The position numbers were made by a program, and so were the translations under genes. From an uncultured Bdellovibrionales bacterium (GTDB lineage Bacteria; Bdellovibrionota_C; UBA2361; SZUA-149; CAZDIO01), in assembly GCA_964505555.1 (NCBI GenBank), contig CAZDIO010000125.1, positions 3,088 to 67,087 on the forward strand: a stretch of 64,000 nucleotides of DNA, written 5' to 3'. The number at the start of each line of letters is the position of its first letter. Within the stretch, counting starts at the first letter, position 1. Positions 1 to 10,702 of the stretch are shown one piece after another. Under the pieces are notes generated by a model. It had not been told where the DNA came from, did not search any database, and saw nothing but the letters and a program-made list of their open reading frames with translations.

Positions 1-947
1 GTGTTTACATCCCCGGCTGCCTCAACAGCTCGACCACTCATCGCAAGCACATTGTGCTGCATCACCCGATCCATACCCGCAATACCTATTGCGCTTAAAA
101 GCCCACCGATCGTGGTTGGGATAAGACATACAAGAAGTGCAACCATAACGGTCACAGAGGGGATCGATCCGTTTTCGCCACCGCCGTTTTCCCCACCACT
201 GTAGACGGCAAAAGGAAGAAGAGTAACCGTTGCAAAGAGAAAGACGATCGTCAGTCCAGAAAGAAGGATACTCAAAGCGATCTCATTTGGCGTTTTTTGA
301 CGCTCCGCCCCCTCAACAAGCGCAATCATTCGATCAATAAACGCCTCTCCCGGATTGCTACTCACTCGCACCAGTATTCGATCAGAGAGAACTTTTGTTC
401 CACCCGTTACCGCAGATCTGTCTCCCCCACTTTCTCGAATCACCGGAGCAGACTCTCCAGTAATTGCCGACTCATCAACCGTGGCCACTCCTTCAATAAC
501 GTCTCCATCTGCGGGAATGATGTCTCCTGCAGTGCATTCAAAGAGATCTCCCTTACGAAGAGTGGTGGCTGGAACGTGCTCCACTTTATTTCCGGTTACC
601 TTTTTTGCCACCGTATCAGTCTTTGTTTTTCTAAGAGAATCTGCTTGGGCCTTCCCTCGTCCCTCTGCCATCGCCTCAGCAAAGTTTGCAAACAAAACTG
701 TAAACCAGAGCCATAATGTGACCTGACCAACAAAAAGCAGATCTCCGCTTCCTGAAATCACTCCCTTAAGAAAGTAATAAGTGGTAACAACACTTCCTAC
801 CTCCACAACAAACATCACCGGATTTTTTAAAACAAGCTTTGGATGAAGCTTGAGAAATGCCTCCTTCAAAGCACGAACCACGATATCTTTTTCAAAAAGC
901 TTGCGTGGTGCGTTTTTTCGAGTTGAGATCACAGTTCCTATTTCCAT
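1..947 (-). CDS. kdpB: Potassium-transporting P-type ATPase subunit KdpB (5' part; the 3' end runs off the window start)
   Basis: Minus-strand ATG at 945-947 with no stop before the window edge. My translation matches the KdpB N-terminus ([66 protein letters not shown]). It is not in the ORF track because there is no in-window stop. Confidence 0.85.
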   Translation of the reverse strand, partial: MEIGTVISTRKNAPRKLFEKDIVVRALKEAFLKLHPKLVLKNPVMFVVEVGSVVTTYYFLKGVISGSGDLLFVGQVTLWLWFTVLFANFAEAMAEGRGKAQADSLRKTKTDTVAKKVTGNKVEHVPATTLRKGDLFECTAGDIIPADGDVIEGVATVDESAITGESAPVIRESGGDRSAVTGGTKVLSDRILVRVSSNPGEAFIDRMIALVEGAERQKTPNEIALSILLSGLTIVFLFATVTLLPFAVYSGGENGGGENGSIPSVTVMVALLVCLIPTTIGGLLSAIGIAGMDRVMQHNVLAMSGRAVEAAGDVN

Positions 948-971
948 ACTCTACCCTCTCAGTAAGCCCTT

Positions 972-2759
972 TTACTGCAAAAACAAACTATGCATTTGAA
1001 AATGCTCCACGATCGGTCCAAGCGCTAAAGCAGGAAAAAATGTCAGCGCTCCGACGATAAGTACCGTAGCAATCAGTAAAGTTACAAAGGTACCATTATC
1101 TGTTGAAAACGTTCCCAGGGATGCCGGTACTCGTTTCTTCCGAACAAGACTGCCCGATAACGCAAGAAGGGGAACGATCATCAAAAACCGCCCACAGAGC
1201 ATCGCAAGTCCAAGGGTAAGATTGTAGTATGGTGTATTTGCCGTGATCCCCGCAAAAGCAGATCCATTGTTTCCCGTTCCTGATGCAAACGCATAAAAAA
1301 TCTCAGACAATCCATGGGATCCTGAATTATTCACGTTATTTGCAGGGGCACCATAAAAGGTTGTTGTATTTCCAACCCGATTCCAAGCGCTCTCCTGTGG
1401 TAAATCAATCGTTGCCGAGAGTGCTGAAAATCCTAAGATACACGCCGCACAAACAAGCACCGCAAGCATCGCCATTTGAACTTCAAACCGTCCAATTTTT
1501 TTCCCCAGGTACTCAGGCGTCCTTCCCACCATCAATCCAGCGATAAAGACCGCAAGCACCACATACATCAACATTCCATAGAGCCCAGCACCAACCCCAC
1601 CAAAGATCACCTCTCCAGTAAGCATATTAAACAGTGGAACGAGCCCCCCAAGTGGAGTGTACGAATCGTGCATTGAGTTTACCGCGCCACAAGAAGCTCC
1701 TGTAGTAATTGTTGCAAATAAAGTCGAAGAGGCTATGCCAAAACGGGTTTCTTTCCCCTCCATGTTGCCACCAGCTTGAAGCGCGTTTGGAGATTGCTCA
1801 ATTCCAAGTTTTGAAAAATGAACATTTCCATTTTGCTCTGAGATGTTACAGACGAAGGCACCGACAAGAAACATAATGCCCATCGCCCAAAATATCGCCC
1901 ACCCCTGACGAACATTCCCAGTCATCACACCAAACATATAGGTTAAGCCTGCTGGAATAAGAAAAATGAGCACCTTCGTCAGGAGATCTGCGGCTGGATT
2001 CGGGTTCTCATACGGATGTGCAGAATTAGCGTTAAAGTACCCCCCACCATTTGTTCCAAGCTGCTTGATAACTTCCTGAGAAGCGATCGGACCTTGAGGG
2101 ATCACCTGCTTTGCTCCCTCAAGCGTAACAACCTCAACCGGTGCTGAAAAATTTTGCGGCACTCCGGTGAAGATAAATATCAGCGCCCCCACAAAACATA
2201 TAGGCAAAAGCACATACAATGCAGAGCGCACAACATCGACCCAGAAATTTCCTATGGTTTGTGTCGATTCTCGTGAAAACCCCCGAGCAACCGCCACCGC
2301 GATAGCAATTCCCACTGCTGCTGAGATCCAATTATGAATCGCAAGTGCCACCATATTAGAAAAGATTGAAACGGTAGCTTCCGGAAGATACGATTGCCAA
2401 TTGGTGTTCGAAGTAAAAGAAACAGCGGTATTAAACGCAAGGTCGGGGGTCATCTCTTTTGTGCCAAATCCTTGCGGATTGAGCGGCAAGAACCCTTGGA
2501 GTCGAAGCATCAGATAGGTAAGGAGGAGTCCTACCGCACTAAAAATCAGCATCGCAATCGAATACTCTCTCCACCCCATCTCCCGCCGCTCATCAACTCT
2601 GATGAGTTTATAGACGAGCCGTTCACATCGCCTTAGAACGAATGATAAAAACGTTCTCTCTCCAGAAAACACCTGGTGAAGATATATTCCCAACGGCTTC
2701 GTAAGGATGAGAATAATTCCAAAATAGATAAGAATCTCTCCACTCCCATGAATATTCAT
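972..2759 (-). CDS. kdpA: Potassium-transporting ATPase subunit KdpA
   Basis: 595-aa polytopic membrane protein. The N-terminus (MNIHGSGEILIYFGIILILTKPLGIYL) and overall similarity are typical of KdpA. It lies immediately upstream of kdpB on the same strand. Confidence 0.9.
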   Translation of the reverse strand: MNIHGSGEILIYFGIILILTKPLGIYLHQVFSGERTFLSFVLRRCERLVYKLIRVDERREMGWREYSIAMLIFSAVGLLLTYLMLRLQGFLPLNPQGFGTKEMTPDLAFNTAVSFTSNTNWQSYLPEATVSIFSNMVALAIHNWISAAVGIAIAVAVARGFSRESTQTIGNFWVDVVRSALYVLLPICFVGALIFIFTGVPQNFSAPVEVVTLEGAKQVIPQGPIASQEVIKQLGTNGGGYFNANSAHPYENPNPAADLLTKVLIFLIPAGLTYMFGVMTGNVRQGWAIFWAMGIMFLVGAFVCNISEQNGNVHFSKLGIEQSPNALQAGGNMEGKETRFGIASSTLFATITTGASCGAVNSMHDSYTPLGGLVPLFNMLTGEVIFGGVGAGLYGMLMYVVLAVFIAGLMVGRTPEYLGKKIGRFEVQMAMLAVLVCAACILGFSALSATIDLPQESAWNRVGNTTTFYGAPANNVNNSGSHGLSEIFYAFASGTGNNGSAFAGITANTPYYNLTLGLAMLCGRFLMIVPLLALSGSLVRKKRVPASLGTFSTDNGTFVTLLIATVLIVGALTFFPALALGPIVEHFQMHSLFLQ

Positions 2760-2760
2760 A

Positions 2761-2847
2761 TTAGAACCTCTCCGGCTTTAGAAGAGAAAAAAGCAGATAC
2801 ATTATTAACCCGATAACGATTATACTGAGCCAGATATACTCACTCAT
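2761..2847 (-). CDS. kdpF: KdpF small hydrophobic subunit (28 aa)
   Basis: A 29-codon ORF, MSEYIWLSIIVIGLIMYLLFSLLKPERF, ends 1 nt before the kdpA start. It is a single-TM peptide in the canonical kdpFABC position. It is not in the ORF track because it is too short. Confidence 0.6.
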   Translation of the reverse strand: MSEYIWLSIIVIGLIMYLLFSLLKPERF

Positions 2848-2938
2848 CTTTTTCTCCAAGCAGGACATACAGGCCATTTACATACCCAACTGCAACTACA
2901 AAGAAGATAAGAACGATGATTAGAAAAAAGAGATCCAC
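2840..2938 (-). CDS. Candidate second small hydrophobic peptide (32 aa, GTG start) upstream of and overlapping kdpF
   Basis: GTG at 2936-2938 is preceded by AAGGAG with a 5-nt spacer. It encodes VDLFFLIIVLIFFVVAVGYVNGLYVLLGEKDE, a single predicted TM. The stop overlaps the kdpF ATG region. Confidence 0.3.
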   Translation of the reverse strand: MDLFFLIIVLIFFVVAVGYVNGLYVLLGEKDE

Positions 2939-2956
2939 ACCCACTCCTTTTGATTT

Positions 2957-3736
2957 TTAATAACTGCCAAAGTCGATATCAACCTGCATCGTGTACGTTT
3001 CTGCAAGTTGATCATTGTTTGGTATAACATAACCAAAAATTATACTGACATTCTCGGCAAACTTCCAAGCAAAGCCAGGTGCGAGCGCCCCAGCACCGCT
3101 TTCTGATCCTTGGTAGTCAACACAAAACCACAGTTTGTCAGAAATTTCTGACATCGTCCGTTCCCACGCAAGAAGCACCCCGGTAGCATCGGAATTTAAA
3201 CTTTCATCAACAAGCAGATCTTGATTGCCCCAAAACCAGCCTACTGAAAATCTGCCAAGCGTAAAATCGTCAAAGGAAACAGTCTTTGCGGTCTTCAGGT
3301 AATAGATATCTTGGTCCGTCTTGTTGTTTTTAGTGCCAAAGTAAAATCCACCGAGAGCCAGAGCAGGTGCGCCTTCAAAAAGGACGTTTTCTGGTGTGCC
3401 TATCTTGGCGTTAAAATATAGTGGGTAACTATCAAGCTGCCCGTATCCAGCGATGTGATCAAAACCAAATTCAATGCCGAGTTTATCTTTTATGGGCCAT
3501 AATCCGGTTTCAAGACCAATATTTGTTACCGTATCAGGTTTTGAACCGCTGACATCACTTTGGCTTGGAATATAGAGATCACTGGTGAGATGGAATGTGC
3601 GATCCGCCTGAATATCGGTAGAAGGCGCCCAAACATGAGTTGAGGGAGTTGCCGATACCAGATCTGGAAACAGACTGATCGCTAAAAGTCCGAACCCAAA
3701 CCAAAATAGCAAGGTATTTTTCAATTCCATTTTCAT
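2957..3736 (-). CDS. Outer-membrane beta-barrel (porin-like) protein with signal peptide, first gene of the kdp transcription unit
   Basis: An N-terminal signal peptide (LLFWFGFGLLAISLF...ATP), alternating amphipathic strands, and a C-terminal aromatic residue (…DFGSY) typical of OMP barrels. Same strand as kdpFAB, 19 nt upstream of the small ORFs. Confidence 0.55.
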   Translation of the reverse strand: MKMELKNTLLFWFGFGLLAISLFPDLVSATPSTHVWAPSTDIQADRTFHLTSDLYIPSQSDVSGSKPDTVTNIGLETGLWPIKDKLGIEFGFDHIAGYGQLDSYPLYFNAKIGTPENVLFEGAPALALGGFYFGTKNNKTDQDIYYLKTAKTVSFDDFTLGRFSVGWFWGNQDLLVDESLNSDATGVLLAWERTMSEISDKLWFCVDYQGSESGAGALAPGFAWKFAENVSIIFGYVIPNNDQLAETYTMQVDIDFGSY

Positions 3737-3978
3737 ACAATTTCCTGCATTAAAAAATGTCGCCTATTGTTTCTTCGGTTCTGATTGTCGCACACCATCA
3801 CATAAAGAGGGGGTAAGGATTCCCCGTGCGATATAAAGAAAGTATAAAGATTATCAAAAAAACGAATGAAGAGCGGATGAGACAGTAATAGTTTAGAAGC
3901 TTGACAGCTTGCCGTGCGTTAAGAGATCGCCACTTCTTCTTATTTCGGATATGATGAACTTACAAAACATCTTAATAG

Positions 3979-6675
3979 TTGGTGCTACTTTCTATGGGGG
4001 AGAAAAGACCAAACCCTGATACTTTGCTTAAGTTCGCAAATGCCGAAGAGATTCGACGCAAACGCGGCCGACTAAAAATCTATCTGGGCATGGCTGCCGG
4101 TGTAGGAAAAACCTACTCGATGCTTGCTGATGCTCTTGGATTAAAAGGGAGAGGGGTTGATGTTGTCGCCGGATATATCGAGCCTCATGGTCGACCTGAG
4201 ACGACTCAGCTTGCTAATTCTCTAGACTCCATTCCACCAAAAATTATTCAACATGCTGGAATTGAGCTTCGTGAATTTGATGTTGATGCTTCTTTATTAC
4301 GAAAACCTGAGATTCTCCTTGTTGATGAACTTGCTCATACCAATGCCCCAGGTTCTCGCCACATAAAACGCTGGCAAGATGTTGAAGAGATTCTTTCTTC
4401 TGGGATAGATGTTTATACAACTTTAAATATTCAGCACCTTGAGAGTTTACGTGATGTGGTTTCCCAGATCACGGGCATCACCGTCCATGAAACAGTGCCT
4501 GATCGCTTCCTTAATAATGCCGATGAGGTTGAGTTAGTCGACATTCCTCCTAATGAACTTATTGATCGCCTTAAGCAAGGGAAAATTTATCCCCTTTCAC
4601 GGGTCGACACGGCACTTCAGAACTTTTTTAAAGAAGGAACGCTGATCGCGCTTCGCGAGCTTGTCTTAAGGCAAACAGCAGAAAGGGTAAATGCCCAAAT
4701 GCGCCGGTACCGTTTACAAAATGCGGTACGTGAGGTCTGGCCCACTGGTCAACGAGTTTTGGTGTGCGTAGGAGCAAGCCCGATGGCACCACAGCTCATT
4801 CGTGCGGCAAAACGCCTAGCAACAAGTCTCCACGCTGAACTCATCGCAGTTAATTTTCATACCCCAAAGTATGCACTTCGCTCCCTTGAAGGTCGAGCAG
4901 ATGCTCTTGCAGCGTTGGATCTTGCCGAGCTCCTTGGCGCAAAAGTTATGGTTCGCCAATCAAACGATATGGTCACTGATATTCTTACTTTATGTAGTGA
5001 TTATAATGTAACGGCGATTGTGATTGGAAAACCCGTTCGTCCCCGATGGAAGGAGATCTTCTCTCGAACACTTGTTGATGAATTGATTCGTCGAAGTGGC
5101 ACCATTAGCGTTCACGTTCTTGCAACGGTAGAACGCTCCTCACTTCCCGGCATCAAATTTTCCTTCAAGGGGGAGAGAAAACCAATAAAAACACTGCGAA
5201 CTTTTTTTGTAGTTGCCCTCTGCACCGGCCTTGCAGCGCTTATCTATCCCTTCTTGGATCTCTCAAATATCATTATGATTTACTTTCTCGGTGTTACCTG
5301 GGTATCTACTCGGCAATCATATCGAGAAGCTCTGCTGAGCTGTCTTCTCAGTGTAGCCGCTTTTGATTTTTTCTTTGTTCCTCCTCGATTTACATTTGCT
5401 GTTGCAGATGCTCAATATTTAATTACTTTTTTTGTGATGCTCGTGATCTCAATTCTCATTAGTACACTAACGATTCGTCTAAAAGTTCAATCGCAGATGA
5501 TGTCAGAACGAGAACGTCGCACCGCAACGTTGTATGATTTTGGACGAGAGCTTCTTTCTTGCAAAGCGATAGAAGAAGTTTCACAAGCAGTTTTTAGAAA
5601 AACAACAGAGCTCTTTCAACAACAGGGCGCTCTTTTTCTCTCCTCTGATGGAGGAGTACTGGTGTTGCCCACAGAGGCCCAATCGATTTTTAGCTCTAAC
5701 AATGAACTTGCCGTAGCCACTTGGGTTTTAAATAGTGGAACTTCAGCAGGAGTTGGAACCAATACCCTCTCTGGAGCTAAGGGATTTTATTTCCCGCTTA
5801 AATTTCAAGAGCAGTGTTTAGGAGTGTTAGGAATGACCCTTCCAAAACCTCTTCCCGCAGAGGAGAGATCCCTTTTTGAAGCCTTTGGAAATCAGGTGAC
5901 TCTTGCACTGCAACGAATTGCTGTTGAAAACGAGTCGCGACAGGCGGATTTAATCGCAAAAACTGAGCGATTAAGAAGCTCACTGCTAAGCTCCATCTCC
6001 CATGATCTAAGAACCCCGCTTGCTGCAATCTCAGGTTCAGCAAGTGCTCTTGTGGAGCAACAAAACCTACCCCAGGCAAACCGCGTAGAGCTTGCACAAA
6101 CCATTTGGGATGAATCAGAACGTCTCACCCGCATTATTCGTAACGTCTTAGACCTAACAAAATTAGAGGGCGAAGGAAGAGATGGTGAAGGAATAAAACT
6201 ACATCGCGAATGGCATTCACTAGAAGAGCTTATTGGCTCTGCACTCCATCGAACCGAGAAAGTATTGAAACCACGAAAAGTAATCGTAAAAGTTGACCGA
6301 GAACTTCCGCTTATCTACGCAGATGGGCTTCTCCTGGAGCAGGTGTTTGTAAATATTCTTGAAAATGCTGCAAAACATACTCCCGAGACAACTCTCATCG
6401 AAATCGAAGCAACTCGGCACAATTCATCAGCGGTGGTAATTCTTCGTGATAATGGTCCCGGATTAAAGGCGGGGGATGAGGAAAAAGTATTTGAAAAACT
6501 CTATCGTGGTGAGAAAACTCCCTCACAAGGATTTGGGCTTGGGCTTACCATCTGTCGCTCCATAGCGGAAGCGCACGGAGGGAGTATTCAAGCAAGAAAC
6601 AGAGGAGAAAACAACGGCGCAGAATTTGAACTCATTCTCCCCCTTGGAGATGAAGCCCCAGAGGTCCCGCTGTGA
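3979..6675 (+). CDS. kdpD: Sensor histidine kinase KdpD (KdpD N-domain, USP, 4 TM, GAF, HisKA, HATPase)
   Basis: 898 aa. The N-terminal KdpD domain has a P-loop (GMAAGVGKTYSML). A membrane block follows, then HisKA (SISHDLRTPLAAI) and HATPase (GFGLGLTICRSIAEAHGG). Confidence 0.9.
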   Translation: MVLLSMGEKRPNPDTLLKFANAEEIRRKRGRLKIYLGMAAGVGKTYSMLADALGLKGRGVDVVAGYIEPHGRPETTQLANSLDSIPPKIIQHAGIELREFDVDASLLRKPEILLVDELAHTNAPGSRHIKRWQDVEEILSSGIDVYTTLNIQHLESLRDVVSQITGITVHETVPDRFLNNADEVELVDIPPNELIDRLKQGKIYPLSRVDTALQNFFKEGTLIALRELVLRQTAERVNAQMRRYRLQNAVREVWPTGQRVLVCVGASPMAPQLIRAAKRLATSLHAELIAVNFHTPKYALRSLEGRADALAALDLAELLGAKVMVRQSNDMVTDILTLCSDYNVTAIVIGKPVRPRWKEIFSRTLVDELIRRSGTISVHVLATVERSSLPGIKFSFKGERKPIKTLRTFFVVALCTGLAALIYPFLDLSNIIMIYFLGVTWVSTRQSYREALLSCLLSVAAFDFFFVPPRFTFAVADAQYLITFFVMLVISILISTLTIRLKVQSQMMSERERRTATLYDFGRELLSCKAIEEVSQAVFRKTTELFQQQGALFLSSDGGVLVLPTEAQSIFSSNNELAVATWVLNSGTSAGVGTNTLSGAKGFYFPLKFQEQCLGVLGMTLPKPLPAEERSLFEAFGNQVTLALQRIAVENESRQADLIAKTERLRSSLLSSISHDLRTPLAAISGSASALVEQQNLPQANRVELAQTIWDESERLTRIIRNVLDLTKLEGEGRDGEGIKLHREWHSLEELIGSALHRTEKVLKPRKVIVKVDRELPLIYADGLLLEQVFVNILENAAKHTPETTLIEIEATRHNSSAVVILRDNGPGLKAGDEEKVFEKLYRGEKTPSQGFGLGLTICRSIAEAHGGSIQARNRGENNGAEFELILPLGDEAPEVPL

Positions 6676-7370
6676 ATATCAAACAGAAAATTCTGATTAT
6701 CGATGATGAAGTTCAGATTCGTCGTTTTCTTCGCGCAAGTCTCTCCTCCGGAGATATTGAAATCCTTGAAGCCTCCACGGGAAGAGAGGGGATTTCAATG
6801 ACCGCAACCCATAATCCCGATGTGGTGCTTCTTGATCTCGGGCTTCCTGACATATCGGGAATAGAGGTATTAAAAAATATCCGGGAATGGTCAGAGGTCC
6901 CGCTCATTATTCTTTCTGCAAGAGGAGAAGAAAGCGATAAGATACTGGCGCTAGATTCTGGAGCCGATGACTACCTTACAAAACCATTTTCAGTAGGAGA
7001 ACTTCAAGCTCGAATTCGAGTGGTGTTAAGAAATAAACAAAATCCTCTCGAAGAAGCACCGACAATATTTGAAAAGGATTTTTTAAAAATTGACTTCGGT
7101 GCGCGTCGAGTATTTGTAAATAATCAAGATGTGCACCTCACTCCGACTGAATATAAACTTCTTTCGGTACTTGTCCATCACTGTGGGCGGGTGCTCACCC
7201 ATAAACAACTGCTTAATGAGGTCTGGGGTGCAGCTTACGCCAATCAGACCCATTACCTCCGAGTTTTTATGGGGCAGCTTCGACAAAAAATTGAGCGAGA
7301 TCCTGCCCAACCCCAGTTTTTCATAACGGAACCAGGAGTTGGGTATCGATTTCAGTGCGAATTCGATTAG
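6672..7370 (+). CDS. kdpE: OmpR-family response regulator KdpE
   Basis: Receiver domain (ILIIDDE…VVLLDLGLPD) plus a winged-helix C-terminus (GVGYRF). Overlaps the kdpD stop by 4 nt. Confidence 0.85.
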   Translation: MNIKQKILIIDDEVQIRRFLRASLSSGDIEILEASTGREGISMTATHNPDVVLLDLGLPDISGIEVLKNIREWSEVPLIILSARGEESDKILALDSGADDYLTKPFSVGELQARIRVVLRNKQNPLEEAPTIFEKDFLKIDFGARRVFVNNQDVHLTPTEYKLLSVLVHHCGRVLTHKQLLNEVWGAAYANQTHYLRVFMGQLRQKIERDPAQPQFFITEPGVGYRFQCEFD

Positions 7371-7399
7371 CTCTTCGTATTCCTCTCTATTCCTCCTCT

Positions 7400-10303
7400 T
7401 TATTCCCCAATAGGAACACAAGAGCAAAATAGATTTCTATCCCCGTAGGCGTTATCAATCCGCGAGACACTTGGCCAGAATTTAAATTCATGGAGTGACT
7501 TTACTGGAAACGCTGCCTTCTCTCTTGAGTAAGAGCGATCCCACGCTTCAGAGATTACTACCGAAGCGGTATGCGGGGCATTTTTTAACACGTTATCCTC
7601 GCGACTAGCCTCACCTTCCTCGATCTCTTGAATCTCGCCATAAATGGAGATCATCGCCTCACAGAAGCGATCAAGCTCTTCTTTTGATTCACTCTCAGTT
7701 GGCTCCACCATCAACGTGCCAACCACTGGGAAAGACACCGTCGGTGCATGAAAGCCGTAATCCATCAGACGCTTTGCGATATCAATCTCATCAACACCGG
7801 CTCGCTTCTTAATCGCTCGGATATCTAAGATACACTCATGAGCAACAAAGCCGTTCTGTCCCCGATAGAGGATCGGATAGTATTGCTCAAGGCGCTTTGC
7901 GAGGTAATTAGCGTTTAAAATCGCAACCTCGGTGGCACGCTTTAATCCATCAGCACCCATCATTTTAATATAGGCCCAAGGGATCGGTAAGATCCCTGCT
8001 GAGCCCCACGCCGCAGAACACACCGGACCGATCGCCGAAGCGCCTCCAACACGATTGGTAAAATGTCCTGGCAAAAACTCCACCAGATGCGCAGCCACTC
8101 CGATCGGACCTACTCCTGGTCCTCCTCCGCCGTGAGGAATACAAAATGTTTTGTGTAAATTAAGATGACAAACATCTGCTCCAAAATCTCCCGGACGACA
8201 CAACCCAACCTGGGCGTTAAAGTTCGCACCATCCATGTACACCTGCCCACCATGCTGGTGAATCACAGAACAGATCTCCGCAATCGCTTCTTCAAATACG
8301 CCGTGTGTTGAAGGATAGGTGATCATCAAACAGGAGAGGTTTGCTTTGTGCTCCTCTGCTTTTCTTTTGAGATCAGAAACATCAACGTTCCCATTTGCAT
8401 CACAACTTACAACTACAACTTCCATCCCCACCATCGACGCCGTTGCTGGGTTTGTGCCGTGTGCAGAAGCTGGGATTAAGCAGATATTTCGGTGTGCTTG
8501 CTTATTTTTTCGATGATAGGCACGAATTACTAGTAACCCTGCATACTCACCCTGCGACCCCGCATTTGGTTGTAAAGAAACTCCCTTAAAACCGGTAAGC
8601 TCACAGAGCATCGCTTCAAGCTCATCGGTGAGTTCCTGATATCCCCGAGTTTGATCAGCTGGCGAGAAAGGATGAATATTTGAAAATTCTGGCCAGGTAA
8701 TTGGATACATCTCTGCGGAAGCGTTTAGCTTCATCGTGCATGAGCCAAGAGGGATCATCGAGCTTGTAAGCGAGAGATCTTTTGACTCAAGTCGACGCAT
8801 GTAACGAAGAAGCTCTGTTTCAGAGTGATAGCGACTAAATACCGGATGGGTAAGATACTGAGACTTTCTTTGAAAAGCACCCGGAACTGCGGACGTGCTG
8901 GTCAGGAGCTCAGAAAGCGAAAAAGGAAGCTTATCTTTTCCAGAAAAAGATAATAAGAGCTCTTCAAGAAGGAACTCGTCTGTTACCTCATCAAGAGAGA
9001 TTCCCAAGCTTTCATCTTCAAATTCACGAAGATTAATCTTTCTCCCGAGCGCTCTTTTTTTAATCGCTTCTTTATCTCCTTTTACCTCGACCCTGATCGT
9101 ATCAAAAAACGCTGCGTAGCGAATAGTAAAGCCTAGCTTCTTTAACCCTTCACTAAGGATTACGGTTTTTCGATGTACCGCCTGACCAATTCTTTTTAAC
9201 CCTTTTGGACCGTGATAGACCGCATACATGCTGGCAATCACCGCAAGAAGCACCTGCGCTGTGCAGATGTTGCTGGTTGCTCGCTCCCGCTTGATATGCT
9301 GCTCACGCGTTTGAAGTGAGAGTCTATAGGCAAGTCTTCCCGTAGCATCTTTTGACACTCCAACAAGCCTTCCTGGCATAAAGCGCTGAAACTCCTTCTT
9401 TGTTGCAAAAAACGCTGCGTGCGGGCCTCCAAAACCAAAGGGCACACCAAAGCGTTGAGTGTTTCCCACCACCACATCGGCACCCCATTCTCCAGGAGGG
9501 GTGAGCATCGTAAGTGACAAGATATCAGCAGCAACAATAACGAGGATCTCTTTAGCGTTTAGGATCTTTGCAAACTCTCGGTAATCAACAAGTGCTCCAT
9601 CCGTAGTTGGATACTGAACGAGAACCCCGACATATTTTTTATCTGGAACAAAAGCTTCTTTTGTTCCAACCTCGACCTCAATACTTAGTGCTTCGGCTCT
9701 TGTCTTTACGACATCTATCGTTTGCGGGTGAACACTATCAAGAACGTAGAACTTCGTTCGCTCTTCTGACCCGTGAACACGAGCACAGAGCATCATCGCT
9801 TCTGCCGCTGCGGTCGCCTCGTCAAGAAGAGAGGCGTTTGCAAGCTCCATCGCCGTAAGATCGCAAACCATTGTTTGAAAATTAATTAGCGCTTCAAGAC
9901 GACCTTGAGAGATCTCAGCTTGGTATGGGGTGTATTGGGTGTACCAACCAGGATTTTCTAAAATATTTCGTTGAATCACCCCCGGAGTAATCGTTCCTGA
10001 GTAGCCCATCCCGATCAAACTATGAAATACAGAGTTCTTTGCAGCAATCCCACGGAGGGTTTGGAGCATCTGCCTCTCGGTTTGAGGGCGAGAAAGTTCG
10101 AGCGAGCCTTTTAATCGAATTGAGCGGGGAACTGTTTTTTCGGTAAGCTCATCAAGCGAAACAAGACTGAGCATCCGAAGCATCTCGTCGATATCATCAT
10201 TTCGGGGACCGACATGACGAGAGAGAAACTCTCCTTCTTCAAAGCCAATTTCATTTTTTAAATCATCTTTTCCACTCTCAAGAGACTTCATTACAACACT
10301 CAT
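7400..10303 (-). CDS. gcvP: Glycine dehydrogenase (decarboxylating), single-chain P protein
   Basis: 967 aa with full-length similarity to GcvP, including the PLP-lysine region and the [19 protein letters not shown] motif. Confidence 0.9.
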   Translation of the reverse strand: MSVVMKSLESGKDDLKNEIGFEEGEFLSRHVGPRNDDIDEMLRMLSLVSLDELTEKTVPRSIRLKGSLELSRPQTERQMLQTLRGIAAKNSVFHSLIGMGYSGTITPGVIQRNILENPGWYTQYTPYQAEISQGRLEALINFQTMVCDLTAMELANASLLDEATAAAEAMMLCARVHGSEERTKFYVLDSVHPQTIDVVKTRAEALSIEVEVGTKEAFVPDKKYVGVLVQYPTTDGALVDYREFAKILNAKEILVIVAADILSLTMLTPPGEWGADVVVGNTQRFGVPFGFGGPHAAFFATKKEFQRFMPGRLVGVSKDATGRLAYRLSLQTREQHIKRERATSNICTAQVLLAVIASMYAVYHGPKGLKRIGQAVHRKTVILSEGLKKLGFTIRYAAFFDTIRVEVKGDKEAIKKRALGRKINLREFEDESLGISLDEVTDEFLLEELLLSFSGKDKLPFSLSELLTSTSAVPGAFQRKSQYLTHPVFSRYHSETELLRYMRRLESKDLSLTSSMIPLGSCTMKLNASAEMYPITWPEFSNIHPFSPADQTRGYQELTDELEAMLCELTGFKGVSLQPNAGSQGEYAGLLVIRAYHRKNKQAHRNICLIPASAHGTNPATASMVGMEVVVVSCDANGNVDVSDLKRKAEEHKANLSCLMITYPSTHGVFEEAIAEICSVIHQHGGQVYMDGANFNAQVGLCRPGDFGADVCHLNLHKTFCIPHGGGGPGVGPIGVAAHLVEFLPGHFTNRVGGASAIGPVCSAAWGSAGILPIPWAYIKMMGADGLKRATEVAILNANYLAKRLEQYYPILYRGQNGFVAHECILDIRAIKKRAGVDEIDIAKRLMDYGFHAPTVSFPVVGTLMVEPTESESKEELDRFCEAMISIYGEIQEIEEGEASREDNVLKNAPHTASVVISEAWDRSYSREKAAFPVKSLHEFKFWPSVSRIDNAYGDRNLFCSCVPIGE

Positions 10304-10310
10304 AGTTCCC

Positions 10311-10700
10311 TTACTTCAGTAATTCCCCAATATAGCTCTCATACTGCGAAGCATTCATCAGCTCAGAAAGCTGGTTCTTATTTGTTGGCTCAATGATAAT
10401 CATCCATGCATCCTTATGTGGCGAGCTGTTTACCAGTTCAGGCGCTGAGCCAAGACCATCATTAACCTGGGCAACCACTCCATCAATTGGAGAATAGATA
10501 TCACTTACCGCCTTAACTGACTCTACGGTACCAAAAGACTCTCCTTTCTTAATAGTAGCACCTACAGCGGGAAGCTCAACAAACACCACATCTCCTAGCT
10601 CCTTTTGAGCATAGTCGGTGATGCCTACATACACCTTGCCACCTTCCTCTTTCGCCCATTCATGATCTTTTGTGTATCGAAGCTCTGCTGGAACAACCAT
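10311..10700 (-). CDS. gcvH: Glycine cleavage system H protein
   Basis: 129 aa with the lipoyl-lysine motif ESVKAVSD, flanked by gcvT and gcvP. Confidence 0.9.
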   Translation of the reverse strand: MVVPAELRYTKDHEWAKEEGGKVYVGITDYAQKELGDVVFVELPAVGATIKKGESFGTVESVKAVSDIYSPIDGVVAQVNDGLGSAPELVNSSPHKDAWMIIIEPTNKNQLSELMNASQYESYIGELLK

Positions 10701-10702
10701 CT

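Noticed and set aside
1-716. Plus-strand ORFs 1..204, 297..716, 355..726 in the ORF track
   Set aside because: They are antisense to the well-supported kdpB reading frame and have low-complexity Ser/Arg-rich translations, so they are likely spurious.
5798-9858. Multiple 60-110 aa ORFs inside kdpD, kdpE and gcvP on the opposite strand (and similar ones inside gcvT, ald, pstB, etc.)
   Set aside because: They are fully embedded in and antisense to strongly supported conserved genes, with no RBS or domain support.
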